DNA of 64,000 bases from Amoebophrya sp. A120 (taxonomy: Eukaryota > Protista > Dinoflagellata): assembly GCA_905178155.1 (NCBI GenBank), contig CAJINV010000016.1:1834018-1898017 (forward strand). The letters are read 5' to 3'. Position 1 is the stretch's first letter, and every line of letters starts with the position of its first letter. Positions 11,820 to 25,744 of this stretch are shown in pieces. The notes beneath the pieces are model-generated. The model was not told the origin of the DNA. It worked only from the letters and a program-made list of their open reading frames with translations, and ran no database searches. Both the position numbers and the translations under genes were made by a program.

Positions 11820-14800
11820 TCACGCCGTACTCAAGTCCGTCCTCAAACACCCTCCATGCCCCGCAAAGTAGGCATTTTGCCCCGCGTGCCCGAACTCCGC
11901 CGCCGTTTCGCCGAAACCACTCCGCGAGAGCACCACCGCGTTGGCTTCGCTGACTAGATACCAGGACACGAACGCCGGCACAATCCCGTTCAGCCGTTGC
12001 GCGCCCTTGGAGCGGTCTAAATGGGATATTTCGTCCGGATCCAGCATCTTCAACTTGTCTACGCGGAGCAGTTCCTGCACTTCCGGCAGATCCAACACCC
12101 GTTTCGTGTCCGTAGCGAGGTACCAGGCTGGGTTGAGGAACTGCTGTTGCACAGAAGAACTTGTAGTGGTTACTCCCTGAAGATGCTCACCAGCCGGAAC
12201 ACTGCTCCGTGTCGTTGATGATGTGAAACCGCCGAACAACACCTCTTCGACCTTGGTCGCGCAGGCGAAAAAATCCTTCACCAGAGACTGCAGGCCGTGT
12301 CGCGAAGGATCCCACCAATTGCTTTCGTTGCCTGCACGGAAGTGCAGGGCGATGTATGGACGGTAGGCGGCGAAAGACTGCGCCTCTTGAAGATCATATT
12401 CCGCAGGGGGTTCGGGTATTGTTAGTGATGTCGGAACATCATGATCAACTTCTCCCCTATTCGTCGAAGTGGCAGTTATTTCATCCCTAGACAACAGGTA
12501 TTTCCCTATTTTCAGATTGTCCTTTGCGTCTTGGATTTGGTTCTGTAAAAAGAACCCCGGCTGCACCAAGAAATTCCATATCGCCCGGTTCAAAAACGGC
12601 GTCGTCCCGAGCAAGCCCAGCTTTATCGCCTTCTCCCGTAGCTTCCGGTGGCGGAGGAATTGCCCCGTTTCGCGGATGTTGGTCTGGATCAGCAACGTGT
12701 GGGCGCGGTTGTCCATCAGCCAATCTAGCTCCTGGTGAAACCGCAAGTCGTGGCCGTTCACCATCTCCATGCTCGCATCGACGTCGGCCACGCGCCAGTC
12801 GATGTGGTTCGGGGTGAAAAGCAGGTCGAAGGGGACGGGGTTGTCGGAATCGATGAAAAAATCCCGGTCGAGCAGCAACGACAGCACAAACGCATTGACA
12901 ATGCCCTGTGCCCGGTCGCCGTGGCCGCCGCAGAGCGTGTGCGGCGCACAGGTGTAGACCAGGCGGGGGCGGGAGGACGGATGTAGTGGCGCTTCCTCGT
13001 CGTGGTCCGCATAGTTGATGCTCTCGTTCGTACTAACTCCAGCGTCGCTATTTTCTACACCTGGCACCAAGTTTGTGTTGGAAAATCTCGAGCGCCAGAC
13101 GGTGTAGAGGTAGTTCCTATCTTGCTCCGTAGGTTCGAGGGGTTCTTGCACGATTTTCTCGCAAAACCTCGGCAGTTCCACAGCTTCTTCCGGGTGGTGG
13201 GCTTCGGAGGTGTATCAAGTGTAAAAATGTCTGGGTCTGGAAGGATGCAGAGGTTTGTGATGCAGCTTCGGCGTGACCCAGAAGGGCTACCATGCACGTC
13301 CCAGCATCACAGGTTTTATTTAGAAGGTCTCTTAATGCGTAATCCGCATGACAAGGCCCTTCTTTCGGTGGCCAGAAATGTGCAGCCTTTGGCTTCCATG
13401 CATGACAGATTTTTGAGTCATGCGAAATGCGCATCACAAGTTCGCATCCTTCCAGACCCAGACATACTTATTTGCATTTGATAGGGTCAGAACCTCCACG
13501 ATTTCCCGGAGGTCTATCGGTTTTTGGTTTTGATGTTCATCACTACTTTTATCCGCGTCTACAACCCCGGATGTTGAGGCCCCCGTTCCTGTTGCAGTAG
13601 ATCCGTCCTCCTCAGTGTGGTGTTTATGCCACGTTTATCCAAGAAAAAAACTGTGTTAGTGTAAGTCTTTTGGGAAAACAGCATCACAAGTTTGTCTGCC
13701 ATGACAGGACAAACTTGTTATGCGCAGATACAAAGGGAAAACACATAGGAAGCGAGCCGGTCATGCATGTCGAGCATCACAAGTGTAACTGTTTCGCATT
13801 TTCTGCATCACAGATTTACACTTACACAGTTTTTTTCTTGCATAACGTTTCGTCAGTGACGGAGAAATCGAAGGGCGGTTTGTATTCCGTGACCAGAGGC
13901 TCGTCGGGATATTGTACTGAAGAGGAGGACGAAAGTGATACGACCCACTGCCCTTCTCCCGGGAGGGTGAAAATCGTGTCGTTTCGCGTGGAATTGTCTG
14001 CGTCCTCTACCACCGGAATGGGAATCTTCAAAGTCGGTGTTGACTTCATTGTCTCTGTTCCATCCGCTCTGTAGTTGCCCGATGTTGTTGTAGTGTCTCC
14101 TCGCTGTAGTCCTTCTAGTTGTACTGCGTAGTCGCAGAACCAGATGTTTTCATACCCCAGTTCTGCGCCTAACCGCGCCGCAATGCTCCTGGCGTCCAGA
14201 GAGCCGTGCTGCTTCCGCCAGATGAGCTCGTCGAGTTGTGGTTTTCTAAGCCACTTTTTGGTCTGTTTCGTCTCGTCAATGTAGGAGTAAAAGCCCTCCC
14301 GCAGGCGCGGTTTTCGGAGAATCGTGGGCATGTTCGTCATGGCCTCCTCCTCCGATTTCGTACTTTGCGATTTTTGCGGGTCAGTGTTTTGGCTGCCGTT
14401 CGTAGTAGTCTCTGCTTCTTGATCGTTCTTCTGTGCAGCATCTTCTTCGGCTGTGGAATGATCCTCTGCTTTGGTTTCATCTTCAGAAGCCCTCGCTGCT
14501 TGTTCATCTCCAACAGCGCCGTCAACCTCTCCTTGTTTTTCGTCTCCTGTTGCTGCGCCACCAGTTCCCCCCGCACCCTGCTCCTCCTCTTCAACCTCTT
14601 TAAAAAACTGTATTTTCTGCGGCGAAACGAAATCAGACAGAGACAATGCGCCGAATTTGTCCGGTGCGTAGTTGTGCCTCGGCTGCGGCTTGGACCAATC
14701 TTCTAACAGAACCACTTTCGCCAACCCCGAGACGTCAAACCCGCTGTTCAGCTCGGTCGCGTCGGCGGCGAGCAACGGGGCGTTCTCGTTCTTCTCGCTA

Positions 14801-17768
14801 ATTCTCACGACTATCAGCCTTCCCTCGTCTGGTTTCCGATCGGTTTTCGACGATTTCAAAAATGCGTCGCTTTGCATCAGAAACTCCGATTTTTCGTTAA
14901 AAGCTTCAATGTCCTCCTCGGCCGTGCGCGTCGGCGGGATGTCGTATAACTCGGGCGCCGAATATTCTTCGTCACTACTTGAGGACTCTGCTATCTTTCT
15001 CTGCTCCTGCTCGTGTCTACTGCTTTCCACAAGAACCGCGGCACGGATATTATCAGTACTTCTTCTATCGCTTCTTGTAGTTTCATCATACACCTTCCGC
15101 ACTACCTCCTTGCACAAGTCAGTTCCTCCGCTCTGTGGGAAGAGGCGTTATCAAATGTACTTAAAAATGTCTGGGTCTGGAAGAGTTGTTATGTAGATTT
15201 TACATGACACATGACGTCTGTAATGCATAACCTGGCATCACAGATTTTCAGCGGGCTTGCTGATGCCTATCCCGCATGAGAAATACCCTCTCTATGTGGC
15301 ACAAAGTGGACCCCTCTTGCTGGTTATGCAACACAGATCTTTTTGGAATCCAAAAACAGCATCACAAGTTGCAATGTTCCAGACCCAGACATTTTTGCAA
15401 TCCATAGGCGTCGCAGTAGCGCGGTTTTGCCGACCATTGGGTCCTCCTGGATATGATCCTTTTCTGCTGCTACTTGTTGTGCTTGTGCCGAGCCCATACT
15501 AATTACCCCTGTTGGCCCCCCGGATGAAGCAGAGCTTCTGGCGCCACTTTGTTGTAGATCCGCCGCAATAGTCAAAAACTCTGCCAAATCGCAGTCCTCG
15601 TTGCTACTCTTACAGTCCTGAACCGCGTCGGCGCTGCAGAGCTCTTCCTGCAGCTCCTCGACGTACGGAACAGCGAGAGCACCAACAGCAGCGGTGGAAT
15701 GTTTTTCATCCTCCTGAAGATAATTTTTCTTCCTGCTCAACACCTCATAAGCCCGGGGCGAGATCTGCAAAAATTTCTTCGCCGATACGGTCACGTCAGC
15801 GCCACTGACGCGGAGCAGCACTTCCAATTGGTGCAAACTCTTTTGCGAAAACACGCCAAACACGTAGGCTAATCGGTCGAGCCACAGTTGAAAACGGGTG
15901 ATGAAGTGGATTCCGCTGCTGGTCTGGTCGTCCACAAGAAACGGACTGACTAATGCGTACAGGAAGGCTTTCCTTGGCACCGCGTTTTCATACTGCAACA
16001 GCTCGCCGGAGTGCAGGGAGAGGAAGTAACCCAGGAAACAGTTCTGGCCAGCTTCTTGGACAGCCTCGCGGTCTTTTGACCGGAGCCAATGCTTCAGCTC
16101 CAGCAGCTGGATAAACGCCTGCTGGAGGATCTGGACGATAGACGTTTCATGGGTTGACCCCTGCTCGACGTTATTTGTTGCGCCGGTGTCCGAACCAACA
16201 GTCCTTTCTACAACTGCTGGCGCCAGGTTCGCCACCATCTGTTCCAACTCATGAAGCGGAATCGCTTCTACGCCGGTCGCGTCGGGAACTGGGTGGAGCA
16301 ACTTTGCGTACTTGTTCTGTTGGGCTCTTTCTTGTCGTTCTGCATCAGAAATTATAGTACTGCTCCTCCTACTGTCCGCGACGAGAAAGCACTGGTGACA
16401 ATACACACTCTCCGCAAACTATCGCAAGAAAAAACTGCTTCACTGTGAACTTGTGATGCAGAAAATGGAACACAGAACGATTTGTCTTGCTACACCTGCA
16501 AGACATTGGATTTTTAAGCGTATTTTTCCTTGGGAAATGCGCATGGCAAATTTTCTGTGTCATGCGTAGCAAACTTGTGATGCGGTTCTTGCAAAATCAT
16601 CACAGTGAAACAGTTTTTTCGTGAGATACAAACCGCTCTACTGCGTTCAACGCCGCTTCCAAAACCTTCGCCGCCTCGCGCGCCGCGTCTCTCCGTGCGG
16701 AGGCGATGGACACACGCTTCAGCTGACAAAGCTTCTCTTGCTGATAAACGCCTATTTCTTCATCACTTTCTTCAAACTTTCCAAAATACGCATGAATCTG
16801 CTCTTCCGTGGAATCTAACAAAACTTCCGCATCTTTCAAAAAGGTCTCCGTGTCCGGGATTAGTCTTTATCAAATGCAAACATGTCTGGGTCTGGAAGAG
16901 TGCGCGTTTTGTGATGCAGTTTTTCCCTGACCCATGAGGTCTGGAATGCAGGACCTGGCATGACAGATTCTGTGTGATCTCTATCATGCCTATCCTGCAT
17001 GAGAAACTCCCTCCCAACTTGGTCAAAAGTGGACGACTTTTGGTAATCATGCAACACAAATTTTTGGATGATTTAGATTTAGCATGGCAAATTGCATTTG
17101 TCCAGTCCCAGCTATATCTGCAACGCATAGTCTTCGCTTCAAATCCAGGACCGACTCGGTCATAGACTTCATGACGCGCACCGCTTCCATATCAAATGCA
17201 AAAATGTCTGGGTCTGGAGACTTGTGATGCTGGGTGGCGTATCATGAGGAGGCCACAAGTGCTGGCTCAGCATGACAAGTTTCCGCGCTTCTTGGTGTTG
17301 CCTATTCTGCATGACAAACTGCGTTTCTGCATGACAGAAAAATTGGGATCTTGGGTAATGTGCATGACAAATTTAAGAGTCATGTGAGACAAGCATGACA
17401 AACTTGCATTCTTCCAGACCCAGACACTTTTACATTTGATATTCCAGGTTGCAGCACGAGTCCCCGGATTCCGTGAAAAACTTCTTCCTCCCGGATCCGT
17501 CGGCTTTTTCGTCTCTTCCGCATTGCGGTAAGTACTGGATCACGCTCTTCGCTTCTTCGCGCGGCAAAAGGTCCTTCTCCTCGCAGCCGAGGTCCAAGCG
17601 GAGAACCTGCTGTGGGCCATGCTCAGGGGGCGGGGCAGACAAATTTTCTATCTCCGTTGCACGAACGATCTCATGACTGGTGCTGGAAGCAAGTAGGAAT
17701 AAGAGCGGATGTTGCAACAGCGTCCGCAACTGCAGCAACAGTCTTCGAAAGCGAACACGATCCATCAT
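11820..17768 (-). CDS. Large (~1485 aa) protein with C-terminal GT-B fucosyltransferase-like domain; six introner introns
   Basis: Seven exons join in frame (4458 nt). Motifs CGGHGDRAQG, IALHFRAG, YLATD, SWYLVSEANAVVLSRSGFGETAA resemble GT23/GT37-type fucosyltransferases. Confidence 0.75.
13213..13483. mobile_element. Introner family A
   Basis: TIRs; flanks AGGTG/GGGTC; frame restored. Confidence 0.88.
13636..13844. mobile_element. Introner family B (TIR TATCCAAGAAAAAAA), 209 bp
   Basis: TIRs; flanks ACGTT/ACGTT. Confidence 0.9.
15149..15406. mobile_element. Introner family A
   Basis: TIRs; flanks GGCGT/GGCGT. Confidence 0.9.
16420..16628. mobile_element. Introner family B variant, 209 bp
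   Basis: TIR TATCGCAAGAAAAAACTG..TCACTGTGA; flanks CAAAC/CAAAC. Confidence 0.88.
16868..17129. mobile_element. Introner family A
   Basis: TIRs; flanks GTCTT/GTCTT. Confidence 0.9.
17190..17441. mobile_element. Introner family A (252-bp subfamily)
   Basis: TIRs; flanks TTCCA/TTCCA. Confidence 0.9.
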
Positions 17769-18874
17769 GGGAAAGGACGTTGTCGAAGTCAAAAAGAATC
17801 TATCAAAATGGCATTTAAATCTAGTTCATCGATTGCGTGCAACCAAGGCACTACAAATGATAAGTAAACATGGATCTACTTAGACTTAGTGAGTGATTGT
17901 GATGCGCTGGTGGGCCGAGAAAGAATAAAAATGTAGGCATGTAAACAATTCTCAGATTCAGTAGCAAGTGTGTGCCAACAGGAGGTCATGAGCTGGATCT
18001 TTTCAGATCGTGCTCTTTGAAAAACAAAGAGTTTGTGCTGCAAAGCGCACAATTCGAAGAACATGCTCCAGATGAAACAAGCGAGGTGGAAAATAAAACA
18101 CAAAAGACCAGTATAGCTGGTAGACCGAAAAAATGAGACGAAAGAGGTTCTCGCACGTAAAAAAATCCACTTGCAATAGGTTGACAGATCGTCCGCTGGG
18201 TGGAATGAGTTCTGCTTCTGGACACGACAAAACAGACAACTTCACACGACCGAAGCACGAAAAATCGCAAAACTCGTGAGATTCATCGTCCTCTCAAGAG
18301 AAAATACCATCACAAACACGCTCGATGAGCACTGCTTTTATTTGTCGTGGTCCAGCGCTTGGTGTAATATCACCATCAACACAGTGATTCTAGGTGGGTT
18401 GGCTATTTGCTCACTTTCGTCGACGTGTCTGCTTCATACCTTATTATTTCTATCTGGGGGGGAGTAAAACGTTCTCAACAAAGTACCGCTGGTGCAGTTG
18501 TAGATTCCTTGTTTAATATTGTACTATTCGTGAGGCTGAGGACTCTCTTGACATTCATAAAAACTTTTCGGTAGGTCGAGAATCTATGCTTCGATTCGGA
18601 TTCACGACAAAAGACAGATTTTCGGAGGACTGAGTTGAGTAAGGCAATTGAGTACTCATCAGGGAAGATGTAGTAGTAGTTGTGAGAAATAAACGTACTG
18701 ACGCTATAGTACAACGATAATGAAGAATGTTGGGTACAACTTGACTTGAAGAATTTGGATTTGACCCCTTTGACTTTCTAGACGATCGACAGAACAACTC
18801 CGAAAAAAATGATTTAGATTTTGTTCCATCCCAACGACCACGACCCCGTGGTCCTCTCACCACCCTCTCCCATA

Positions 18875-20508
18875 CTACCCAGCCATTTTTCCCTTTTTCA
18901 TGCCCTTCGCGCGCCGCATCTGCTCCCAGGTCGGGTTGTACTGATATTGCAGATAGCCCCCCATGGCAAACTGCCTGTCCCGGCGCTGCTTTTTGTTATC
19001 AAATGTAAAAATGTCTGGGTCTGGAAGAATGCATGTTTGTCATGCTTGTCGGGCATGACTCTTAAATCTGTCATGCACATTGCCCAAGAGACGTTCTTTT
19101 CTGTCATGCGGAGACCACGCAGTTTGTCATGCATAATAGGCAACACCTACAAGCTCCGAAATTTGTCATGCTGAGCCAGCACTTGTGGCCTCCTCATGCT
19201 ACGCCACTCAGCATCACAAGATTCCAGACCCAGACATTTTTACATTTGATATTTGTTGTAGACGTACCACAAAAGGTAGAGCAGCACCAGCGGGATAGCC
19301 ACGTACACCAGGAAGTCGACCAATCCAAAACCCTCCTTGTCCAGGTCCGGAAAGATCCAAAAGAAGGTACTATCGTCGTCCGAAGCCGTACTGTCGGAGC
19401 CGGAGCCATTCGACATCGACTCCTCCTCCGGCACTGTGCATTTGTGAAACTTGTGCTGCTTCAACGTGGGGTTCGCTTCGTCATTTTCGCTCAGCGCAAA
19501 ATAGGCCGCCACCTCTATCTTCCGATATAGTGTCGGGACCTCGTAAATCAAAGTGCACACCCCAGGTGCTGACCCACCATCGAAATTCTCCCGAGTGGCG
19601 AACATGTCGCAGCCGAACGCAATGCACTCCGCTTCACACCTCGACTCCAGTTGGTCACTCCTCAGGTTCATGACCCGGTACATCGGCTGAAATCGCTGAA
19701 ATCCGAGGGTCGCGGTTTCTGTCCCGGTGCAGTCCAGGATATAGTTTGTGAGGTCCCGGGGCGATTGGTCGTCTGCCCCGCCTAGTCGCACTCCGCTGTC
19801 GCTGCACTTCGTCGTCACTTGATCCCGTAGGCTTTTGCTGTAGGAGCAGGTCTTCGGCATCGAGCCTCTGATCGCACACTGGTAGGGGTCATGGTACTCA
19901 CTGTACCACGCATTTTGGAACTTATTCGACACCACGGGGTTAATTCCTTTCGTAGTCGCGTAGACCAGATACCCCGCGGCGAGCTTTTGCGACTTGACGC
20001 CACACGTTTTGTGTGGCGTCGCCTGGACAAGAAGGCAGTGCCGTTCCGCCTGCAGGCCGCTCTCGCCCATGTGAGACGCGAAGACGGAGCAGGTTTTCGC
20101 ATTTGCACACAGCTCCTGGCACCGTTGCGTCAAATAGTACCGGTCCGGATCCTGCAAAGTCGCGCCAATATACGGCAGAACGGTCTTCACGTGCCGCACC
20201 TCGCACCAGTCCGTTGCGGCGGAAAAGTTCTCGCAGCTTCTTACTGGGTGGACCGCACCATTGACAGTGCTGTCAGCGGAAAAAACAGGAACCTCTGCGA
20301 GGTGCTCGCATCCTGCGAATTTTGTGGCCCCGTCTTCCATGCCAACGTCCAGGACGAAGGAGATGGTACCATCACTGCACTTGCTGGCGAGACAAAAGTC
20401 GATCCGTTGCAGATTCTGTCCCAGGAGCAGCAGTGCCGTACTAGTTGACCCCGATAAAAAGCTGCAGCCCCTTCTTCGGGGAATAAGACTGGTAGGCAGG
20501 AGCTTCAT
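18875..20508 (-). CDS. Type I membrane protein, ~457 aa, with Cys-rich PAN/apple-like ectodomains
   Basis: Signal-like N-terminus; CQELCANAKTCSVF and CEAECIAFGCDMF patterns; TM LVDFLVYVAIPLVLLYLLWYVY. The tail is in frame across element 18997-19251. Confidence 0.7.
18997..19251. mobile_element. Introner family A (252-bp subfamily, opposite orientation to 17190-17441)
   Basis: TIRs; flanks TTTGT/TTTGT. Confidence 0.9.
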
Positions 20509-21561
20509 GCAGTTCTTGTTGGCGCCGAGGCTTTATTCCTACAGATAAAGCGACTGCTGCTGTTCTTTTGACAAGATAGTAGAATTTTTAGCCTTCTGCT
20601 ACTTATATACTTGCTTTGGGACGAACAGGATGAAAAAAGATGGAAGAAAAATTGATCGCGGGATAAAACTTAGGCGGTGTTTAGGTTGGAGGTCCTGGTG
20701 TGATGTCTGTGTTGCATTCTTGCATTGTGCGAACTTTTTAAACCCGGATGTGACTAGGATTAACCATAAGTCATAGTTCATCTTTCGATTATTTATCATC
20801 GATTAGTACATTGCCAATACTTACTTACTGTTCTTGTGCTCCTCCTGTTGTACTTTTTGTTCTCTTGGAATGTAAGTTATCTCCATTGTCCTGAACGACA
20901 GTACGAGGAAGAGGAAGAACTACCGTGTAAAGAACGACGATTTAGTGCTAGGCAACTTGTCCTCGCTGTGGAACGAAATACCATTACGAACAGAACATGA
21001 ACGATAACCGATAAACGAGTACACAGACCGAAAAAAGATGATGGAGATGAGAACGAACGACAAAGATGGAGATGAGACCGAGAAAAGATCCTGTTTTGAT
21101 GAGAAGGAACGACCGAGGAGGAGGATGGATGTTGCTAGTCCATTAAAAATGGTGTCAATATTTATATACCGAAATTTGCGTGCCTGTTCCTTCTTTCCAA
21201 GCACTGCAGCTACGAAGTGCTTTTCATTCTACTGCGCAGTGGACGATCACAGAGCGAGGATGAACACCAGGTGGATGTTGCCTTCCGCACCGCGACCGAT
21301 AGAAAGACACTCACTCGCTGGAAGTGCGTTCTGTTCTTGATGTGACATCATTTGGCACAGTAAAACTACTTCGTCTAGCTTTCTTTGAAACCCCTGCGAT
21401 CTTGAAGCAGGAGATGTAAAGTGTAGTGATGTAGATGTTGCAACATGTACCTTCAGCCAGATCTTGTTTTCCGCCCTCCTTGATGTATAGGAAGTTCCTA
21501 GGGCAGCTGTGGAGCTTCCTTCGTATGGCATCGCACAGCAGAAGTGCTGCGGTCCCCCTGG

Positions 21562-23470
21562 CTACGCTTGTTTCCTCGCAACGGGGCTTACTTCGTATTT
21601 TCCCGGCAAGCTCTATCAACTGCAAAATTCGATCTGGGTCTGGAACATTTCTGAGCAGCTTCGATTATGTTCGTAGTGGCGCGAGCTTTTGTCTTTCGTG
21701 CGATATCAACCCCTTCGCGCTTTGTGTTTGTCAGGCTTCGGCGTCGCACCGTATAGCGTACTGCAGTGTTTTAGAGGTTCGTGGTCTATGACTATGCATA
21801 TATCACTAGGTCGACGTGTGGCATGATCACAACTTAAGTACTCCTTTCCAGCGGACCACCCAGATACGAATTTGCATGCAACTTGCATAAGGCGAGTCCC
21901 ACAGCCAGTCTTGGGTCTTCATCGATCGGATAAATCCTTTCTTGGAAAATGAAGCCGTCCTGCTTCGCGTAGGTATCCAGGAAAAAAAGTGTGTAAGTGT
22001 AACTGTGTACGGAAAAGCAGCATCACAAATTAGCTTTGCATTACAGGGAAAATCTGTCATGCGCAGCTAGTACGTGGAAACACGTATGAAAGTAGCGTAT
22101 GACGCAGATCCAGCATGACAAGTGTAACAGTTTTGCACTTTCTGCATCACAGATTTACACTCACATAGTTTTTTTCTTGCATAGTAGGCCAAGCCCGAGC
22201 AGTGGAGAAAAAGGACGAGAAGGAGCATGCCCACTCCCATATCAACTGCAAAAATGTCTGGGTCTGGAAGATCGCCAGGTTTGTCCTGCAGATTTTGCAT
22301 GACCTATGACGTCTGTGATGCATGCCCTAGCATCACATATCTTCAGAGGACTTTGCGATGCCTCTACCGCATGAGAAATGCCCTCTCCGCGTAGCACAAA
22401 CTGGAGTGCTATTGCTGGTTACGCAATACACATTTTTTTAGCATCCAGCGACAGCGTTACAAGTTTAGAATCTTCCAGACCCAGACACTTTTGCAATCCA
22501 TAGCCCAAGTACCGCATGCTCGCGTGCTCCCGCAGCAGGGCGGTTATGGGAGTGTCAGGATTGAAATCATCAAAGTGTCATGCATAAAAAAACGCGATAC
22601 AAAAATAGACTCTATTGCAGAGGACGCACGGGAGGCAGATTATAGTCCTGGTAAGGGTCAAAAGTTGGACTGCTGACTAGCATGACAGAAGGCAGCTCTT
22701 TTGCCCTAAACCGCATGACAGACTCGCATCCAGGACCGGGAAAATTTGTCATGCACCGACTGCAAACTGTAGGTCTAACTTGTATCCGTTTTATGCATCA
22801 CAAATTATTGCAACTTTGACGATTTCAAACCTGACAGTTCCATAGCGGTCAGCTCGTAGTTATGGCGCCGGATCAGCAGAAAGTTCATCGAGCACCGGAT
22901 GGTGAACAACAAACCCATCAGCGGGGCGTGCCAGGACAACCCGCACACCCAGTCCCGGGGGTCGCAGTCATAGTCGTCGAACCCGACCTCGAGAATCTGG
23001 TGGCGGAGCAGGTGCAGGCAGCCGACATACATCCACTGCAGCAAGGCTTCCCAGAGAAGCAGGGTAAAAGTCACTTTCACGGTGATCTTGCTGGTGCGGA
23101 CCACGGTCTCTCGTTTTACCAAAGGGAGAGAACACGACGAGGGGATCTTCACTGGAAAATGTGGTCGGGAGGGGAGAAGGGATAGGAGGGTCGTCGTGGT
23201 GAAAAGCTTGCTCGCCGTTGAAGATGCACGACTAGGTAGTGTCCCGCCAGGGGAAGTTCTACTTCCTCTTCCTCGATGAACTCCTGCATATAAGGTTGAT
23301 GTATGGCTACTCTGTCGTCGTGTATCCAATCCAAGGAGCTGTCTCTCATGCTCGAGCAACAAAATCTCGTGCTGTAATTGCAACTCCTCGGAGCAAAGCC
23401 GGTGGCGTGGTCGCCGGGACGGCCGGTGCTCACTGGCGGCAGTGGTTGCGAGCGGATTAAAACGCGCCAT
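21562..23470 (-). CDS. Hypothetical multi-pass membrane protein, ~279 aa; four introner introns
   Basis: Five exons total 840 nt in frame; three hydrophobic segments. The last junction uses a degenerate element. Confidence 0.55.
21614..21889. mobile_element. Degenerate family A introner
   Basis: Recognisable TIRs with decayed interior; flanks AGCTC/AGGCG. Confidence 0.65.
21974..22183. mobile_element. Introner family B
   Basis: TIRs; flanks GTAGG/GTAGG. Confidence 0.9.
22240..22502. mobile_element. Introner family A
   Basis: TIRs; flanks TCCCA/GCCCA. Confidence 0.9.
22545..22844. mobile_element. Introner family D (TIR TATGGRAGTGTCAG), 300 bp
   Basis: TIRs; flanks GCGGT/GCGGT. Confidence 0.88.
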
Positions 23471-24420
23471 TTTTGTACTTTGTTCTTTTTTTGAGTAGAC
23501 CTCCACTTTGCAAGAAAATCAGCGTCGGATTGCACGTTTTCTTGTCAAGGAAGTCAATGGCGCGTTCGTTCCTCGATGATATGGTGGATACATCTTCCCT
23601 ACTAAATACCTCCTAGTAGTGTCGACAATTCTATACTCGTGTCCATTTATTCGCCGGTTTTCGTGTCGCTCGGCAGATACTGCAGTAGATCTACTTACTT
23701 ACTCGCTGTTCTTCACGAGCAATGTAGAGACTCATCGCCGATGATGAACCTATGCGAGCAGGAAGCTCAAGAAGAACATCAGCTGCAACTTTCGCTTGTG
23801 CTGCGCGGCATTATATATACAACTAGCCCGCAGCAACGGCGCAGACTCAACCTGCTTCGAGGAGGGAAGGTCCGCTTGTTTTGAAATGTTGTGTGTTCCT
23901 CCTCTTTTTCTTCTCTTGTTCTTCATAAAAACCACACATGGCCGCTAGAATGCGTTGTATCATCTTCGCTGGTGGTACTAGATGAGAAACAAACCATTTC
24001 TCAACTACACACTTCGTTGTCCTACTTCTCGCACCACATCAAAAGGCCGCTTTCTTTGTTGTTTCTTTGAACCTAGAAATGCCACGGCCGTTATTTTGCT
24101 TGATCTTTGATCCTAGAGTTGTTGTTGTTTTGACACTGCTATTGTTTGATGATGCTTTAAAAATGTCCAATCGCCAATCTGTGATGTAAATTATCAGAAT
24201 CATGTGAAGACACGAGAATCCTCTGTATCGTCAAATCATCGCGCGCCGGGTAGTAGAGTAGAGCTCCTGGCTTCTATGAAGCTGCCGCTGGGAAAATCAT
24301 CTGTGCTGGGGAAAAGCAGCTCAACAGGGCTCCTGCTGATGTGCAGACCGTTCTTCTTTTTGTTGGGTAGGCGTAGGGAAAGCACCTGCTCATGCTCATG
24401 TGTGTCGCTGGGAATTTTTC

Positions 24421-25744
24421 TTATGATCCGCCACCGCAACACCCGCCAAAGGTGCTACTTGAACTCTGCGTATTCGCGCCGATTTGCTGTGATGGTGTAA
24501 TAGTATGTTGTGCAGTTCAGTACTTCTCATCTTTACCATGACAAAACGAGCAGACTGATATAATTCGCGTGCATGGAAAAATGAAAATCACCAGAAGTCT
24601 ATACGTGCGTGTTCGGGTCCTTTTCGTTTTTGTTTATTGGCAGCCTCTTCGCGATTTCCATGAAGACCTCTTTCACGTTTTTCCCGCTCTTTGCTGAAGT
24701 TTCCAAAAAAAGGATGCCCATCTCCTGGGCGTAACTTCGCGCGACCTGAGTGATGATGTGTGGCCAGTGTTGTTCAATACTTAACTTGGCAAAGACAAAG
24801 AGAAAGACCTTTTACAGGATGAAACTTGCCGAGAAAAGCATGCACTGTCGGGTTGATCACCACGCAACACAAAATTCTAGTACTTCTTCTATACCTCCTG
24901 CTCTACTTGCCTCGGGAAATTCGCCTCTACAAGGTCGACCTTGTTTCCGCACAGCGCTATTACCAGCGACTCTTGCGCGGCCATGCCTTGGAGCTCTTGG
25001 ACCTGGAGTTGTAGTTTTAAAGATGATATTTTTCATGCGCATCAATAAATACCCGCAATATCAAATGCAGTTTCTGTCACGCGCAAGGTGGAAACAAATG
25101 CCAACGCTGCATATCCATATGTTCGAAAAAGAATAAAAGCATCTCAGTGATATAAAGTACCCATGATCGCGCGCCGTCGAAGCTCTCCCTGCTGGTAACG
25201 TCGTATACTATGACGGCAGCGGCGGCGCCCCTGATTTTATTTTCACAGTGACACTTCCACTTGTGATGCAAAAATCTGACGCATGAGATGAAAACCTGTC
25301 TGTCATGCCAGCACCCTCGACGTCGACAATCAACTTCATCGTATTTTATTAATTAAAGGGAATGTACCAAGTCCATCCTTCAATATGTGCTATACCTGTA
25401 ATACATCGGCGCGAGACTCCGATACCTTTCCTGCCCCGCGGTATCCCATATTTCGAATTTCACGAGCGCTTTTGGTTTCTCCAACTCTACCGTCTGCGTC
25501 ATAAAGGCGGCTGGAAGTTTGTATGTATGGCGGATGATGATCGCACGAATTAACGGAGATGCAATGGCAATGGAAAACAAAACAACAAATAATTGCTCAT
25601 TTTATTACCTCCTATTGTCGGCTCTTGGTTCTCGTAAAATTCTTCCTTTGCGAACCTTACGACCAGACATGACTTCCCTACACTGGCGTCACCGAGGAGC
25701 ACCAACTTAAAGTGGTGCGGCGTTTTTCTTTTTTCTTTCGACAT
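24421..25744 (-). CDS. RAB5: Rab5-family small GTPase with five canonical GT-AG introns (25511-25608, 25231-25395, 25003-25160, 24746-24894, 24487-24604)
   Basis: Motifs [50 protein letters not shown] and C-terminal GCCGGGS prenylation motif. Confidence 0.93.
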
